Of a stretch of DNA of 64,000 nucleotides, positions 9,218 to 20,254 are shown in pieces. Source of the DNA: Candidatus Omnitrophota bacterium (GTDB lineage Bacteria > Omnitrophota > Gorgyraeia > Ghiorseimicrobiales > Ghiorseimicrobiaceae); NCBI GenBank assembly GCA_030681595.1, contig JAUXSB010000056.1, positions 10,009 through 74,008 on the forward strand, written 5' to 3'. How positions within the stretch are numbered: position 1 is the stretch's first letter; the number at the start of each line of letters is the position of its first letter. A program made the position numbers and the translations under genes. Under the pieces are notes generated by a model. The model made no database searches, was not told the DNA's origin, and worked only from the letters and a program-made list of their open reading frames with translations.

Positions 9218-10197
9218 TTTCCCCTCTCTAGCACCTGATACCGTTCAAATGCCTTTGCTGCCCAAGTAGTCTTAGGGAAATTAGTAAATACATATTCGTA
9301 ATAAATTTTTGCGCTCTCATATTTTTTCTGTTTTTCATAAAACGCTGCCGCGGTAAAATTACTTTCCGCCTCTTTTTCTTTTAAGGCACTCACCTCTGCC
9401 TCAGCCTCTTTACTCAATTCCGCTTCCGGATGAGCTTTCACAAACTCTTCAAACTTCTCCTTTGCTTCTTGAGTAGTCATTTGGTCATAGTTAGCCTCTA
9501 AAGATGTTTCCTTGGTACAAATGGCAATCTGAAACTTTGCCGGCTCCGCCCATTCGCTTTCAGGGTAATTAGAAACAACTTTCTCAAACTCATCCTTTGC
9601 CTCGGAAAATTTGCCTAAGCTCTTAAGGACGAGGCCAATCTTATATTGTGACAACGCGGCATATTTTCCATACGGAGAATTTTTTATCACCGCGTCAAAA
9701 ACATCCACCGCGTATTTTGAAGTAGGAATGTCCAGCCCTAAAAACCTGTTTTTACCCTGCATAAAGGTTTCGGCAATATTGTACTGCTTCTCAATAGCTT
9801 CTTCAATTCTTTCGCTAAAAGGGTATTTTTCAATTAGCTTCTGGTGGGCAAGGTAGGCATCGTAGAGCTTATTTAGTGCTTCTAAAGACAGGCCGATATG
9901 GTATTGCGCCTCCGCTGATTCTTTTGCCTTGGGATAACGCCGGATAAGCTTCTCAAATTCAGGCAATGCCTTCTTATAATCCTTGACATCAAAAAATGAT
10001 TTGGCATAGGCGAGCTGTTCGCTGGGGCTATCTTTGGCCGCGTATTTTGGGTTAGTCCAACGCTTACTTTCCGGCGTCCAAATCCAGAAAGCCGGCGCCG
10101 AATTGACAGCGCAAAAACTAAAGAAAAGTAAAAAAAGAATGAGCCTCTTTATTTGCATAATGAGGCTCATCTTATCATAAGTAATTTGTATTGTCAA
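9214..10197 (-). CDS. TPR-repeat lipoprotein, BamD/YbgF-like
   Basis: Signal peptide (LILFLLFFSFCAV), then multiple TPR-like helices (YAKSFFDVKDYKKALPEFEKLIRRYP; YKIGLVLKSLGKFSEAKDEFEKVVSNYP). 4-nt overlap with the lptE-like start. Confidence 0.45.
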   Translation of the reverse strand: MTIQITYDKMSLIMQIKRLILFLLFFSFCAVNSAPAFWIWTPESKRWTNPKYAAKDSPSEQLAYAKSFFDVKDYKKALPEFEKLIRRYPKAKESAEAQYHIGLSLEALNKLYDAYLAHQKLIEKYPFSERIEEAIEKQYNIAETFMQGKNRFLGLDIPTSKYAVDVFDAVIKNSPYGKYAALSQYKIGLVLKSLGKFSEAKDEFEKVVSNYPESEWAEPAKFQIAICTKETSLEANYDQMTTQEAKEKFEEFVKAHPEAELSKEAEAEVSALKEKEAESNFTAAAFYEKQKKYESAKIYYEYVFTNFPKTTWAAKAFERYQVLERGK

Positions 10198-10235
10198 CCT
10201 AGGAGCTTTTAACTCTTTTTACAATTTACCCCACG

Positions 10236-12635
10236 CTAAAACCCGCTAAAATTCAGATAGACAGTAAAGTTGTTATTCGTTTCCGCTGCCTCGGCTATCT
10301 GATTGCCGGCGTCTATCTTAAGTTCTAACTTTGCATTTTGAGGCAGAACTGATATTGGGACAGTAACATATTTAATCTGAAAAGCGTCTAGGCTTATGTT
10401 GCTTAACTGGTTAACTAACTGGCCGCTGAATAAAAGGTTATTCTTAAACCCCGCGGCAGGGACATAGTTATATTCCCTAAAGGCATAGGTGACGTTAAAA
10501 ATCAGCCTGCCGTCTGCGGACCTCCCGTTAATATCGAGAGGGGTCAAGGTAATAGCCTGATTCCAGATAACCTGTTTCTGATATTTACCGATCTTTAAGA
10601 AACCATAGGCGCCTAAATCCGGCAGGGCTTTTTCAACGTTAACCGCCACAACCTGCCAAAGCGACAAATTACCCGCCTTATCTTTAGCCCTTACCCACAG
10701 CCGGCAAAGGTAGCCGGAACTAATCTGCGTATAAGAAACAGGAAATACCCATGCCTTGGTTGTGGAATTATAGCTCGCCAAGGCGTTATTTACCGTATAC
10801 CCCCTCCTTGCGTCATAAACATATACCCTTACCTCGGCTATGCCTGAAATATCATCGGCCGTGCCGCTAAAACTAAAGCCCTTACGGGAAACAATACTAT
10901 TTACCTGAGGCGTTGTTATTGTTACAACAGGCGGATTAATATCGGTTACAGTCAAAGAATAAAATATCGTAGCTACGTCGATGGTTTTTGACCCCAAAAT
11001 CTGCTGTAATTTATAAGAGCCCTGGTATAAACCCAGCGGCAAATTATTGTTGGCGTAAGCGCGGATAATAATAGATTGCTTAGCGCCCAATCCCCCGCTT
11101 GATTCGTAAAAACCAAAACCCTGCACAAGGATAGGGCTAGGTACTGTGCCACCTTTAGGCGTAAACCTACCGTCTTGATTATTGTATAATTGCCATCCGA
11201 TAGCAAGATTACTGTTATTGGCAATTGTAAAGGCTCCGGCGAAGGTTAATCCCGATGGAGAAGCCTGTTTATTAAGCGTAACTTTTACATCTGTATTAGA
11301 AGGGCTTAAGAAAATATCTGCTAATTTAAAACTGCGCTGTATTTCATAAAACACGGTTTTGGGATTCCGGCCGGCATCTACAACACCGAAATATTCTTCA
11401 TTAGCGACATTATCGGGATGGCCGCCGGGTAAAACAAATCCTTCGCTATTATATTCATCGTAGCTGGTATCAACGGCGTAATCTACCAAACCGCCTAAGC
11501 CTGAATTATAATTACCTACCTTCCATAGCTCATCATTAAATTCATGCACTAAACCACCGAGGCATAAGCCATCGCTATATAATACAGGAAGCTGCTTGGC
11601 TATCTCGTCCCAGAGATACATAAAAGTAGTTTTTTGTTCATCCTGGCTCTCTGAACCATTATCTATTTTGGCTAAATTACTGCATTGGGTTAGTGGATGA
11701 TATGCCGATGTGTAGAAAGAATCCGTGCCAAATTCACTGATATAAAACGGTTTGGGCGAATTTAGCTGGTTTGCCCCTTTCCATTGGCTAAAAAGGTTGC
11801 CGAATGACTTTCCGCGATATATATTTATACCCCAGATATCCACATTGGGAGAATTATTTACTATCCACGGAATATCGCTGTGCAACTCAGGCGGCGCGCT
11901 ACAAGGATTACCGGGATCATAGAATAAGTCGAACTTATCTCCTAAGCAGGAACTTACCGGATGGTTCGGGTCAAGCTGCTTGATTTGCGCCGCGGCTAAA
12001 TTGGTACTGGATATCAAATAATCCATGGATTTTCCATAATCATAATATTTGTTAAAGTTCCATTCATTACCTAACGACCACATCAATATCGCCGGATGGT
12101 CTTTGTACAATTGCACAACTTGAAGGTATCTACCGCAATCTAAATCATCTATAGATATCGCGACTGTCAAAATAACCATAATATCGTTACGATAAAATTC
12201 ATCTAAAATTTTATTGTAAACCAAGGGGTCTGTGCCAAAATCCGTATATACGCGCACAGTGTTTATGTTCGCCTGTTTCATTAAAGCTATATCGGCTGCA
12301 TGATACTGCGTCAGCTCATTTTTTATCCAATAAGTAAGTATGTCATGCCCCTGCGGATTACGCCCCGGCCAATCAAAGAAAAATCCATAGTCGGTTAATA
12401 CGCCGGGGTTCAATGGATCCGGACCCTTAGCAGGCGCGCGCGTTGCCGGAGAGTATGTAACTCCTTTAATTATGTACGGGACAGCTTGGTTTAATGATCC
12501 GTTTGCATTACGCTTCTCTACTATTAATTGATTATTTAAAACAGATACTTTAGAAGGTGCGGCAGAAACATCCTGACTAAAAACCGACATACTTATAAAC
12601 AATACCGTGCTAAAGAAAACTGTTAGCCTTTTCAT
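10236..12635 (-). CDS. Secreted multidomain glycoside hydrolase (TIM-barrel GH with LGNEWN motif) with Ig-like and C-terminal CARDB-like domains
   Basis: 799 aa, signal peptide. MWSLGNEWN resembles the GH5/GH2-type acid/base NE(P) motif. Ig-like segment GTADDISGIAEVRVYVYD. C-terminal ETNNNFTV is CARDB-like. Confidence 0.5.
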   Translation of the reverse strand: MKRLTVFFSTVLFISMSVFSQDVSAAPSKVSVLNNQLIVEKRNANGSLNQAVPYIIKGVTYSPATRAPAKGPDPLNPGVLTDYGFFFDWPGRNPQGHDILTYWIKNELTQYHAADIALMKQANINTVRVYTDFGTDPLVYNKILDEFYRNDIMVILTVAISIDDLDCGRYLQVVQLYKDHPAILMWSLGNEWNFNKYYDYGKSMDYLISSTNLAAAQIKQLDPNHPVSSCLGDKFDLFYDPGNPCSAPPELHSDIPWIVNNSPNVDIWGINIYRGKSFGNLFSQWKGANQLNSPKPFYISEFGTDSFYTSAYHPLTQCSNLAKIDNGSESQDEQKTTFMYLWDEIAKQLPVLYSDGLCLGGLVHEFNDELWKVGNYNSGLGGLVDYAVDTSYDEYNSEGFVLPGGHPDNVANEEYFGVVDAGRNPKTVFYEIQRSFKLADIFLSPSNTDVKVTLNKQASPSGLTFAGAFTIANNSNLAIGWQLYNNQDGRFTPKGGTVPSPILVQGFGFYESSGGLGAKQSIIIRAYANNNLPLGLYQGSYKLQQILGSKTIDVATIFYSLTVTDINPPVVTITTPQVNSIVSRKGFSFSGTADDISGIAEVRVYVYDARRGYTVNNALASYNSTTKAWVFPVSYTQISSGYLCRLWVRAKDKAGNLSLWQVVAVNVEKALPDLGAYGFLKIGKYQKQVIWNQAITLTPLDINGRSADGRLIFNVTYAFREYNYVPAAGFKNNLLFSGQLVNQLSNISLDAFQIKYVTVPISVLPQNAKLELKIDAGNQIAEAAETNNNFTVYLNFSGF

Positions 12636-12885
12636 TTTTCCTCCTTATAATCCGTTGGTTACACTCCCACCGGCATTGTCCCGTATAACCTTACCGCCTC
12701 AAGGAAACTCAGGTGCTTCTTAAGATGCTTTTTATGTTTCTTGTTTATTTTAGAATGAATGCGTTTCATCTTGTCAGTCAGACAACACTCGCGCGCTACC
12801 GCTTAGCGCGAGGTGTCAGCCTCCGGATTAGTAGAATTTTCTTGTTTAAACAGTTTTATTAGACTGATAGCTTTAATACGTTAAA

Positions 12886-15800
12886 TTAAAAAACCACGAC
12901 TTTTTCCAATGTATTATTATTCTCATTGCTCTCAATAACTTGATTTAACGGGTCAATGACTGCTCGTATTTTATGACTCCCCGAAAGCACCTGCGGCTGA
13001 ACTACGGTTACGCCTGCCGGCAGGCGGAATGACTGGTTAGCCAGCGTACTTAGGCCGTAGGTCCAGATAAGGGCTCCGTCTATATAGATATACAACTGCC
13101 CTTGTCCCTGAGGAGACTCTAGCTTACCGATATTGCCTATTTTTATTGATAGCTTGCCGGCATCGCTGTATATATCAAATATGGTAAGGTCGGGATTGGC
13201 GACAGTTATCCCACCCGAATAGCCAACCGCGCTCATTAAGCCAGCATAATTCTTGGCTTTAACGGAAAAATAATATGTTTTGCCTTGGACCAGACTCAAT
13301 CCCCCGGCAGTAATATCTTTGGCTGTTCCTACTAATGTCCAATTACGAATAATCGTTGTACTGGTAGGCGAGCCTTGAGTAATTTTATATTGGTATTCGG
13401 CAATACCTGATTCAGGATCCGAAGAAGACCAAGATGCAGACAACTGGTCTACGCGCCCACTATAGATTCCCGCCGTAACGGTAGGAACTAAAGGTACGGT
13501 AGTATCGGGAAGTTCTGTAAGGTAAATATCTTCTTGGCCATTACGCCAGTCTATCCAGACAATCTTATTGCCGGAGATAAATGGAAAACATTGCTCATCC
13601 GTATTAGTAGTAATCCGCGTCTTCTGGTTTGCTATAATATCATACATATAGATATCGGCGTTGCCGTTGCGGTAGTCCTCCCAGACAATCTTGTTGCCGG
13701 AGATGACCGGCCAATATTGATCCGCGATATTACTGGTAATCTGCTGGGTTGTGCCGGTTACTAAATCACGCATATAGATATCAGTGTTGTTATCGCCGTT
13801 ACGGTAATCCTCCCAGACAATCTTGTTGCCGGAGATAATCGGGGAGTATTGATCCTTGGCATTGGTGACAATCGCCTTCTCCTGATTTACGGCTAAGTCA
13901 TACATATAGATATCGTAATTACCGTTACGGTAATCATCCCAGACAATTCTATTGCCGGAGATAACCGGGCCATATTGCCCGGAGATATTGTTGGTAATCC
14001 GCTTTTCTTGTTTTATGCCCAGGTCATACATGTATATATCGGCATTGCCATTACGGTAATCCTCCCAGACAATTCTATTGCCGGAGATAAATGGAAAATA
14101 TTGATCAGCCGAATTAGTAGTAATCCGCGTCTCCTGGTTTGCTATAAGATCATATATATAGATATCGAGGCTGCCGTTACGGTAATCATCCCAGACAATC
14201 TTGTCTCCGAAAATTATAGGGATAACCTGGACAAGATAACTATTTTTATCAGTAATTCTGCGGCTGCCAAAGGTAACGGAAAAATTTAAAACCTGGACAA
14301 CGCCGTCCGCATTAATCGTCAATATAAAAGGAATCTCCTTTTCGTATTCAAAAACTCCGGCCTTTACAATAAAAGGATTAACAGAATTATCTTTAATTTC
14401 TCCGCTATTTATGCTCCCGAAGTTAAATATGGGATTAATAATGGAAGAAATATATGCGCTTGTAGTAGATAAAGTAGCGGTAACTGAAATGGCAGACTTC
14501 CAGATATTTTCTATATTAACGGCCAGCTTTATTTTTTCGTTGGCTCCCAATATCTTATCGCCATCGCCCTCTGATTCTTCAGCATAGACTTTAAGAATAT
14601 AAAAATATGGCATATTATTGCCAGCAAGCGCCCTATAGGCATTAATTCTTCCTGTGCCCATTAAGCCATTATAATCTATCGCTAAAGGATCGGCGCTTGC
14701 CATGATCCGGCCTCTAATCGCGGTATTAGTTTCACTAGGATATTTACTAAGCAACAATGCCGCCACTCCCGAAACATGTGGACAGGCCATACTGGTTCCA
14801 GACATTAAGGTATATCCGTTATTAAGATAAGTAGAATATATACCAACCCCTGGAGCAGTGACATCTATTTTTGATCCGTAATTAGAAAAATCGGCTTTAA
14901 TATCATTTTTATCAGAGGCGGCAACAGCAATAACATTAGCAATATTTGCAGGCATAAAAAACGCTACATCGCTATAGCTATTCCCGGCCGCAGCTACAAC
15001 AACGCATCCCTTAGCATAGGCATAGCTAACCGCGAGTTCCACGGTTAAAGAAGCACCCTCCCCTCCCCAAGAATTACTAATTACATCCGCGCCCATATCT
15101 GCCGCATATCTTATACAATCAGCCAAATCAAAATCATTCCCTGAGCCGACATCATCCAATCCTTTCACCGCCATTATCTTTGCTTTGGGAGCTACTCCTA
15201 TGACGCCCTTAAGGTTATTGCCAACTGCCGCGATAGTGCCGGAACAATGCGTTCCGTGGCCATTGCCATCCATGGGATCATTATCGCCATAAGCAAAATC
15301 CCATCCCCTTATGTCATCTATAAAGCCATTCCTATCATCATCTATTCTGTTACCGGCAATTTCACCGGCATTATTCCACATATTATCTACTATATCTCCA
15401 TGATTGTAGTTTGTACCTGTATCCACAACAGCCACAATGGTTCCTGCGCCCTGTGAAATATCCCATGCTTTATCTGCTTGAATCTTTTGTAACCCCCATA
15501 ACTTCCCGGATGCATAGTCAGGATCATTGGGTACCATTTGAACCTTTCTGATATAATTTGGTTCAGCATATTCCACCGCAGGATTACTTGAATATTCGGA
15601 AGCCATAGCCAAAATATTTGTATCTCCTGCTGCGTTTAACATATACACATTATCTAGTTTAGGCACAGGCATCCCTTCCGGTGCGCGATTTTGCCTTTCT
15701 TCAAGCTTAGTAACGAGCGCTTCCTGGGCTTCTATTTGGGCTTTCAGTTCTTGTTTTTCTTTTTCTATTTTTGCAGCATAGTCCTTATATTCCTGGGAAT

Positions 15801-16227
15801 CTTTGTCTAACTGCCAGTACCAGCCTTGATGTTCTTTTGAGTCAAGCCCAGCAAACTTGTCTTTGAGCTGTTGGAGAGTTGCTTTGGGATTTGGGGTATC
15901 TTGGAAAACCTTATCTGTCGTAGTAACGTTGTATTTGACGTTGAGCTCGCTTAAGGTTTCTAGAGTTTCGCCTTCTTTAAGCTTTACAATCAGCTGACCA
16001 GGAACGTATTCAGGTTGTTGTTTGGTTGCGTCTTTCTCAGACTTAGTGCCGCGATCTTTATGCGAATTAGGCAATGGCGGAGTTAAACTTGGTTCTTCTT
16101 GTAAATCAGGAAGACTTATTACCTCGCTATCCCCTTCTTCTTCTGCGCAGAGAAACGATGGAGAGATAAAGGTAAACATTGCGATTAAAGCAATAACTGC
16201 GACAGATTGAATTGTTTTGGTTTTCAT
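12886..16227 (-). CDS. Secreted subtilisin-like serine protease (S8) with six PD40-type beta-propeller repeats and C-terminal CARDB/Ig-like domains
   Basis: Catalytic triad motifs VAVVDTGTNYNHGD, GHGTHCSGTIAAVG and GTSMACPHVSGVAALL. Six tandem repeats of about 41 aa (ISGNxIVWEDYRNGNxDIYMYDL) resembling TolB PD40 repeats. Confidence 0.8.
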   Translation of the reverse strand: MKTKTIQSVAVIALIAMFTFISPSFLCAEEEGDSEVISLPDLQEEPSLTPPLPNSHKDRGTKSEKDATKQQPEYVPGQLIVKLKEGETLETLSELNVKYNVTTTDKVFQDTPNPKATLQQLKDKFAGLDSKEHQGWYWQLDKDSQEYKDYAAKIEKEKQELKAQIEAQEALVTKLEERQNRAPEGMPVPKLDNVYMLNAAGDTNILAMASEYSSNPAVEYAEPNYIRKVQMVPNDPDYASGKLWGLQKIQADKAWDISQGAGTIVAVVDTGTNYNHGDIVDNMWNNAGEIAGNRIDDDRNGFIDDIRGWDFAYGDNDPMDGNGHGTHCSGTIAAVGNNLKGVIGVAPKAKIMAVKGLDDVGSGNDFDLADCIRYAADMGADVISNSWGGEGASLTVELAVSYAYAKGCVVVAAAGNSYSDVAFFMPANIANVIAVAASDKNDIKADFSNYGSKIDVTAPGVGIYSTYLNNGYTLMSGTSMACPHVSGVAALLLSKYPSETNTAIRGRIMASADPLAIDYNGLMGTGRINAYRALAGNNMPYFYILKVYAEESEGDGDKILGANEKIKLAVNIENIWKSAISVTATLSTTSAYISSIINPIFNFGSINSGEIKDNSVNPFIVKAGVFEYEKEIPFILTINADGVVQVLNFSVTFGSRRITDKNSYLVQVIPIIFGDKIVWDDYRNGSLDIYIYDLIANQETRITTNSADQYFPFISGNRIVWEDYRNGNADIYMYDLGIKQEKRITNNISGQYGPVISGNRIVWDDYRNGNYDIYMYDLAVNQEKAIVTNAKDQYSPIISGNKIVWEDYRNGDNNTDIYMRDLVTGTTQQITSNIADQYWPVISGNKIVWEDYRNGNADIYMYDIIANQKTRITTNTDEQCFPFISGNKIVWIDWRNGQEDIYLTELPDTTVPLVPTVTAGIYSGRVDQLSASWSSSDPESGIAEYQYKITQGSPTSTTIIRNWTLVGTAKDITAGGLSLVQGKTYYFSVKAKNYAGLMSAVGYSGGITVANPDLTIFDIYSDAGKLSIKIGNIGKLESPQGQGQLYIYIDGALIWTYGLSTLANQSFRLPAGVTVVQPQVLSGSHKIRAVIDPLNQVIESNENNNTLEKVVVF
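13400..14200 (-). repeat. About 123-bp tandem coding repeats (x6) encoding PD40-like units inside the S8 protease gene
   Basis: Recurring atcttgttgccggagat / tccgtattagtagtaatccgcgt blocks. They explain the spurious plus-strand ORFs 13534..13764 and 13975..14289. Confidence 0.7.
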
Positions 16228-16228
16228 C

Positions 16229-16465
16229 TTATGCCTCCGGTTTATTTTGGCTATCTTGTTTAAACAGTTTTATTAGTTCTTGCTCAAGAGCTTGCCTGTC
16301 TTTGGTTTCTTTATATCTGAATGCCTGGATGATTTCTTCGATCAGTTTGGCGCGGGGGATTTTGATGCCATGGCCAAAATAGAGATCTTTGGCTACAGAA
16401 TCCACAAAATCCAATTCCTCGCGGTTTAGGAAGGTTACTACTTTATATTTACCTTGTTTGTCCAT
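16229..16465 (-). CDS. Small hypothetical protein (78 aa)
   Basis: ORF only. An intrinsic terminator ends 12 nt upstream of its ATG with a weak RBS, so expression is doubtful. Confidence 0.25.
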   Translation of the reverse strand: MDKQGKYKVVTFLNREELDFVDSVAKDLYFGHGIKIPRAKLIEEIIQAFRYKETKDRQALEQELIKLFKQDSQNKPEA

Positions 16466-16476
16466 AGCTTATGCCT

Positions 16477-16515
16477 AAAAATAAAAACCCTAAGGTGAAA
16501 AAGGCTGCCTTAGGG
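16477..16515 (-). terminator. Rho-independent terminator (minus strand) after the 16749..17480 gene
   Basis: Minus-strand read: GCCCTAAGG-cagcctttttca-CCTTAGGG followed by TTTTTATTTTT. Confidence 0.6.
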
Positions 16516-16748
16516 CTTTAAATTCTCTTTCTTCGCTTTGGCAGCCCTGCTACCCGCCATAATACTTTGGCGGACCAGAAGCTTTGCGCCCTAAGGTTAC
16601 CCTTAGTTTGCCTTTTTCAAAGGAAATCTAAATTGTCAATTAACAAAAGGGCAAAAATGCCTTTTTGCCCGCTCTATCAAATATACTATATTAAATGGGG
16701 GGGTTCAAGGTCGAAAGGGGATATTCTTGAAAACGTTTTCAGCGGGGA

Positions 16749-17480
16749 TTAAAAATCGTTGCGCATATCCGAGGCGTTGATAGTGGTGGTAACGCTGTCA
16801 ACGGTTATACCGAACTGTGTGCCGGATTGCGGAGGGGTAAAAAACATTATTTCGTTAAGGCCGCCTAAATTAATGTAGTTTATCGTGCCTTGCGTATCAA
16901 AATCAAAAAACATGCTTACGGTAGAACCGGCATTAACAGTTATAGGCGTAGTTAAATCATTGCTACGATAAATTTCCATATAATTATCGGCATCGCCGGC
17001 ATCCATGTCCATAGTTGCCGTAATCTCGCCTTTCTGCGCAAGGACCGCGGTATGGCTTTCGGTATTTTCAGTCATTGTGACGACTGTTGTTGGAGGAGCC
17101 GTTGGCCATGTAGCGGTGGAAGCAGCAGAAGCGGCTGTGCCTGTAACCGTTACCGCGCCCCCTGCCTTGGTATAGTTTACTCCATCAGAACCGGAGAATT
17201 TAATTATTTCAGATACCACAATCTTAAAATTCACGTAGGTCCCAACCGGAACCGAAACATCGCTTGCTAGTGAAGCCGCTATCGCCCCTGAATTTACCGA
17301 AGCAATATCTATCTCGCGATTAGGAGAAGCTATGGTAACCCAATTACCAGCGCTGGACTTAAGCTGGATGCTCTGAACGGTTATCTTATAGGTATCGGCG
17401 TTGCCGGCATAACTATAGGCGGCAAAAACCAAGGCTGTCGTTGCCGCGATTACAATTGCTTTTAATCTTCGCTTTATCAT
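16749..17480 (-). CDS. Secreted hypothetical protein (signal peptide, Thr/Ser/Ala-rich, C-terminal Phe)
   Basis: 243 aa with N-terminal signal AIVIAATTALVFAAYSYA. No recognised domain. Confidence 0.4.
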   Translation of the reverse strand: MIKRRLKAIVIAATTALVFAAYSYAGNADTYKITVQSIQLKSSAGNWVTIASPNREIDIASVNSGAIAASLASDVSVPVGTYVNFKIVVSEIIKFSGSDGVNYTKAGGAVTVTGTAASAASTATWPTAPPTTVVTMTENTESHTAVLAQKGEITATMDMDAGDADNYMEIYRSNDLTTPITVNAGSTVSMFFDFDTQGTINYINLGGLNEIMFFTPPQSGTQFGITVDSVTTTINASDMRNDF

Positions 17481-17490
17481 GTTATATTAA

Positions 17491-18411
17491 TTAGTCCCCT
17501 CTTTTTACTTCAATCGTTGCCGAAGCCGTCTCAGAGTATCTTTCTACTTCTATCTTATGCTGTCGCTCCACCCTATCCAATACCCTGTTGCTATGGTCTG
17601 TTTTATCAGGATATGCCTTATCAGAAATAGCGATATTACATTTAGTATCTTCTTTTGTGTAAGGTGCTCCAAACGGCAGGGTAACCCTGGCATCCACGCG
17701 GAACGCCGGATCCCCCTTATTATCGTCAAATACTATTAAATTCAGCGTGCTGTAATTAAACGGCTTTATCTCGTTTCTTAAACGCCAGCCCATTTTATTA
17801 TCAAATTTTTCGTAATTATACCAGTAACCGCCGCCGAACACCTTTATCCAGTTTAAATACGGCAGAGGTAAACCAAATTCTAAGTCAAAACCATCAACTG
17901 CCTTTTCGTATTCCCTAAGGGTACCAACTTCATTTACTAATCTGCGCGGAGAAAGGCCAATGTAACTATTGCCTCTTATTTCCACCTGATTTATAAATGC
18001 CTCTCCACCTAAGCCAACACGGTAATGTTGATGGTCATTTTCGTAATCAAAAAAGCTATTTAAGCCCAGCAAGACGCTGTTATCGCTTAACAGTTTTCTA
18101 TAACCCAAGCCTAAATTGACGGCGCTATTCTCGTCCTCTAAGGCATAGCGCAACTGCGTAAAATAAGTATCTTGCTTGTTTATATCTTGGGATATTGGTT
18201 GGACAGTCTCAAAATAGATGCGGGGCTTAGATTCGGTATCAACGTCAACGCCGAAATCAACGCGCTTTACCCATTCAGGGACATATTCGGCATCATCGGC
18301 ACCGGAAGAAAAATTGATAAGGAAAGAGAAAAACAGAACAAAAAAGATAATTATGGTTTTTTTGTTGAGCATCTTAAAAATAATTATAAATCCACCTTTA
18401 TTGTAAGTCAA
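17491..18411 (-). CDS. Secreted / outer-membrane hypothetical protein (possible beta-barrel)
   Basis: 306 aa, signal peptide (IIIFFVLFFSFLINFSSG), and alternating aromatic/Gly-rich segments typical of OM beta-strands. Family unknown. Confidence 0.4.
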   Translation of the reverse strand: MTYNKGGFIIIFKMLNKKTIIIFFVLFFSFLINFSSGADDAEYVPEWVKRVDFGVDVDTESKPRIYFETVQPISQDINKQDTYFTQLRYALEDENSAVNLGLGYRKLLSDNSVLLGLNSFFDYENDHQHYRVGLGGEAFINQVEIRGNSYIGLSPRRLVNEVGTLREYEKAVDGFDLEFGLPLPYLNWIKVFGGGYWYNYEKFDNKMGWRLRNEIKPFNYSTLNLIVFDDNKGDPAFRVDARVTLPFGAPYTKEDTKCNIAISDKAYPDKTDHSNRVLDRVERQHKIEVERYSETASATIEVKRGD

Positions 18412-18417
18412 GAGTTT

Positions 18418-19845
18418 TTATATAATCGGTAAATTGGATTTACCCATTAGGTAGGCATCTATATGGTGGGCCGAGGTGCGGCCTTCGCTGATTGCCCAGA
18501 CGATGAGGGATTGGCCGCGGTGCATGTCACCGCAGGAGAAGACGCCTTTTTGAGAAGTAGAGTAGTCTGGGCCGGTTTTGACATTACCGCGCTGGTCTAA
18601 TTCTAATTTTAAATCGTTAACTATTCCTTTATGTTCCGGATGCACAAAGCCGACCGCTAAAATCACTAAATCGGCTTCAATTTCAAATTTACTATTGGGG
18701 ATTTCAAACATCTCCCTACCCTTAAACTCCACACGCGCGCATTCTAACTTCTTTACTTTACCATTTTCGCCGATGAATTTCTTGGTAAGAATTGACCAAT
18801 GGCGTTCACCGCCTTCTTCATGCGAAGTAGAAGTCTTTAGAAGTAATGGGTATCTTGGCCACGGGCAGCTATTATCCCGGCATGCAGGCGGCTTGGGCAT
18901 TACCTCAATCTGCACCACACAGCTCGCTCCTTGGCGATGGGCTGTGCCTACGCAATCAGCTCCGGTATCACCGCCGCCAATCACCAAAACACGCCTACCT
19001 TTGGCAAAAATTTCCTTATCTTTAGGGATGTTTACACCTGCCACTCTTTTATTGTTCTGAATAAGATAATCCATAGCAAAATGTATGCCGGAAAGTTCCC
19101 TGCCTGGAATATTTAAGTCGCGCGGGATACGTGAGCCGCAGGCAAGAGCAATTGCGTCAAATTCTTTTAATAATTTTGTAGCAGAATACTCCACTCCAGC
19201 GTCAACGCCGGTTTTGAACTCAATCCCTTCCTTTTTTAAAATATTAATCCTGCGGTCAATGACTGTTTTATCTAATTTAAAATCGGGGATACCGTACCTT
19301 AAAATCCCGCCTACTTTATCATCGCGCTCAAAAATTACCACGCTATGTCCGGCGCGATTTAACTGGTCCGCACAAGCAAGGCCTGCAGGGCCGGAGCCAA
19401 CCACCGCTACTTTTTTACCCGTGCGTGTTTTCGGCGGATTCGGTTTAATTAATCCTACGCGAAACGCATGCTCAATAATGGAAAGTTCGTTTTCGCGTAT
19501 CGTTACCGCGTCGTCATTTAACCCCAAAACGCAGGAATATTCACAAAGTGCCGGACAAAGCCTACCGGTAAACTCGGGAAAATTATTGCAGGCATGCAAA
19601 AGTTCAAGTGCGCGCTCCCAATGCCCGCGAAAAGCCAAATCATTCCACTCCGGAATATAATTTCCCACCGGGCAAGCCCAATGGCAAAATGGCGTTCCGC
19701 AATCCATACAGCGCGAAGACTGCTCCTGCGAATGCTCATCGCGAGGGATAACCGCCACCTCCCCAAAATCCTTCACCCTCTCGCACACCGCCCGGTAATC
19801 GGATTTTTTACGCTTAATCTTCAAAAAACTTTTTACATCTTTCAT
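18418..19845 (-). CDS. gltD: Glutamate synthase (NADPH) small subunit GltD
   Basis: N-terminal Fe-S Cys cluster ([25 protein letters not shown]), FAD/NAD-binding [10 protein letters not shown] and the GltD fold. Confidence 0.85.
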   Translation of the reverse strand: MKDVKSFLKIKRKKSDYRAVCERVKDFGEVAVIPRDEHSQEQSSRCMDCGTPFCHWACPVGNYIPEWNDLAFRGHWERALELLHACNNFPEFTGRLCPALCEYSCVLGLNDDAVTIRENELSIIEHAFRVGLIKPNPPKTRTGKKVAVVGSGPAGLACADQLNRAGHSVVIFERDDKVGGILRYGIPDFKLDKTVIDRRINILKKEGIEFKTGVDAGVEYSATKLLKEFDAIALACGSRIPRDLNIPGRELSGIHFAMDYLIQNNKRVAGVNIPKDKEIFAKGRRVLVIGGGDTGADCVGTAHRQGASCVVQIEVMPKPPACRDNSCPWPRYPLLLKTSTSHEEGGERHWSILTKKFIGENGKVKKLECARVEFKGREMFEIPNSKFEIEADLVILAVGFVHPEHKGIVNDLKLELDQRGNVKTGPDYSTSQKGVFSCGDMHRGQSLIVWAISEGRTSAHHIDAYLMGKSNLPII

Positions 19846-20229
19846 AAGATAAGTATTGGGTATTTAGGTATAGAGTATTGGGTTCCGCCAAAGGCGGATC
19901 TCATGCCGAAGGCAGATCAGCCTTCGGCTGAAGCTACGGCTGAAAAAATTCAAAACGAAAAAGTCAAAACCACAATTAAAAATTTAAAACTCTTCTTCCC
20001 GTAAATAAATTATTCGAAACGACACTCTTTGTTATACATATATATCAAGGATTTTTTAAAATTTATTCTTTTCTATATGCTCACCTATTTACACCCATAA
20101 GTGTAATATACTACACCTATACTATTAAGCTTTGAATTCGTTATTTGTCGAACGCCCGCCGCGCTGCTTATCGGGTAAAAATTGTGATTTTCCATTGGGA
20201 ATTTGACATTGGTAATTTATTGGATATTG

Positions 20230-20254
20230 CCAGCCCGACTTCAGTCTGGCGGGG
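20230..20254 (+). repeat. REP-like palindrome copy 3 (CCAGCCCGAC-ttcag-TCTGGCGGGG), 18 nt downstream of the gltB stop
   Basis: Direct sequence match to copy 1. Confidence 0.55.

Noticed and set aside
13400-14200. Regularly spaced about 123-bp repeats that could superficially suggest a CRISPR-like array
   Set aside because: The units are contiguous with no unique spacers, and they translate in-frame into PD40 propeller blades of the protease. They are coding tandem repeats, not CRISPR.
16229-16465. Confident small gene downstream of the terminator
   Set aside because: The intrinsic terminator ends 12 nt before its ATG, leaving no promoter or RBS space. Kept as a low-confidence ORF only.
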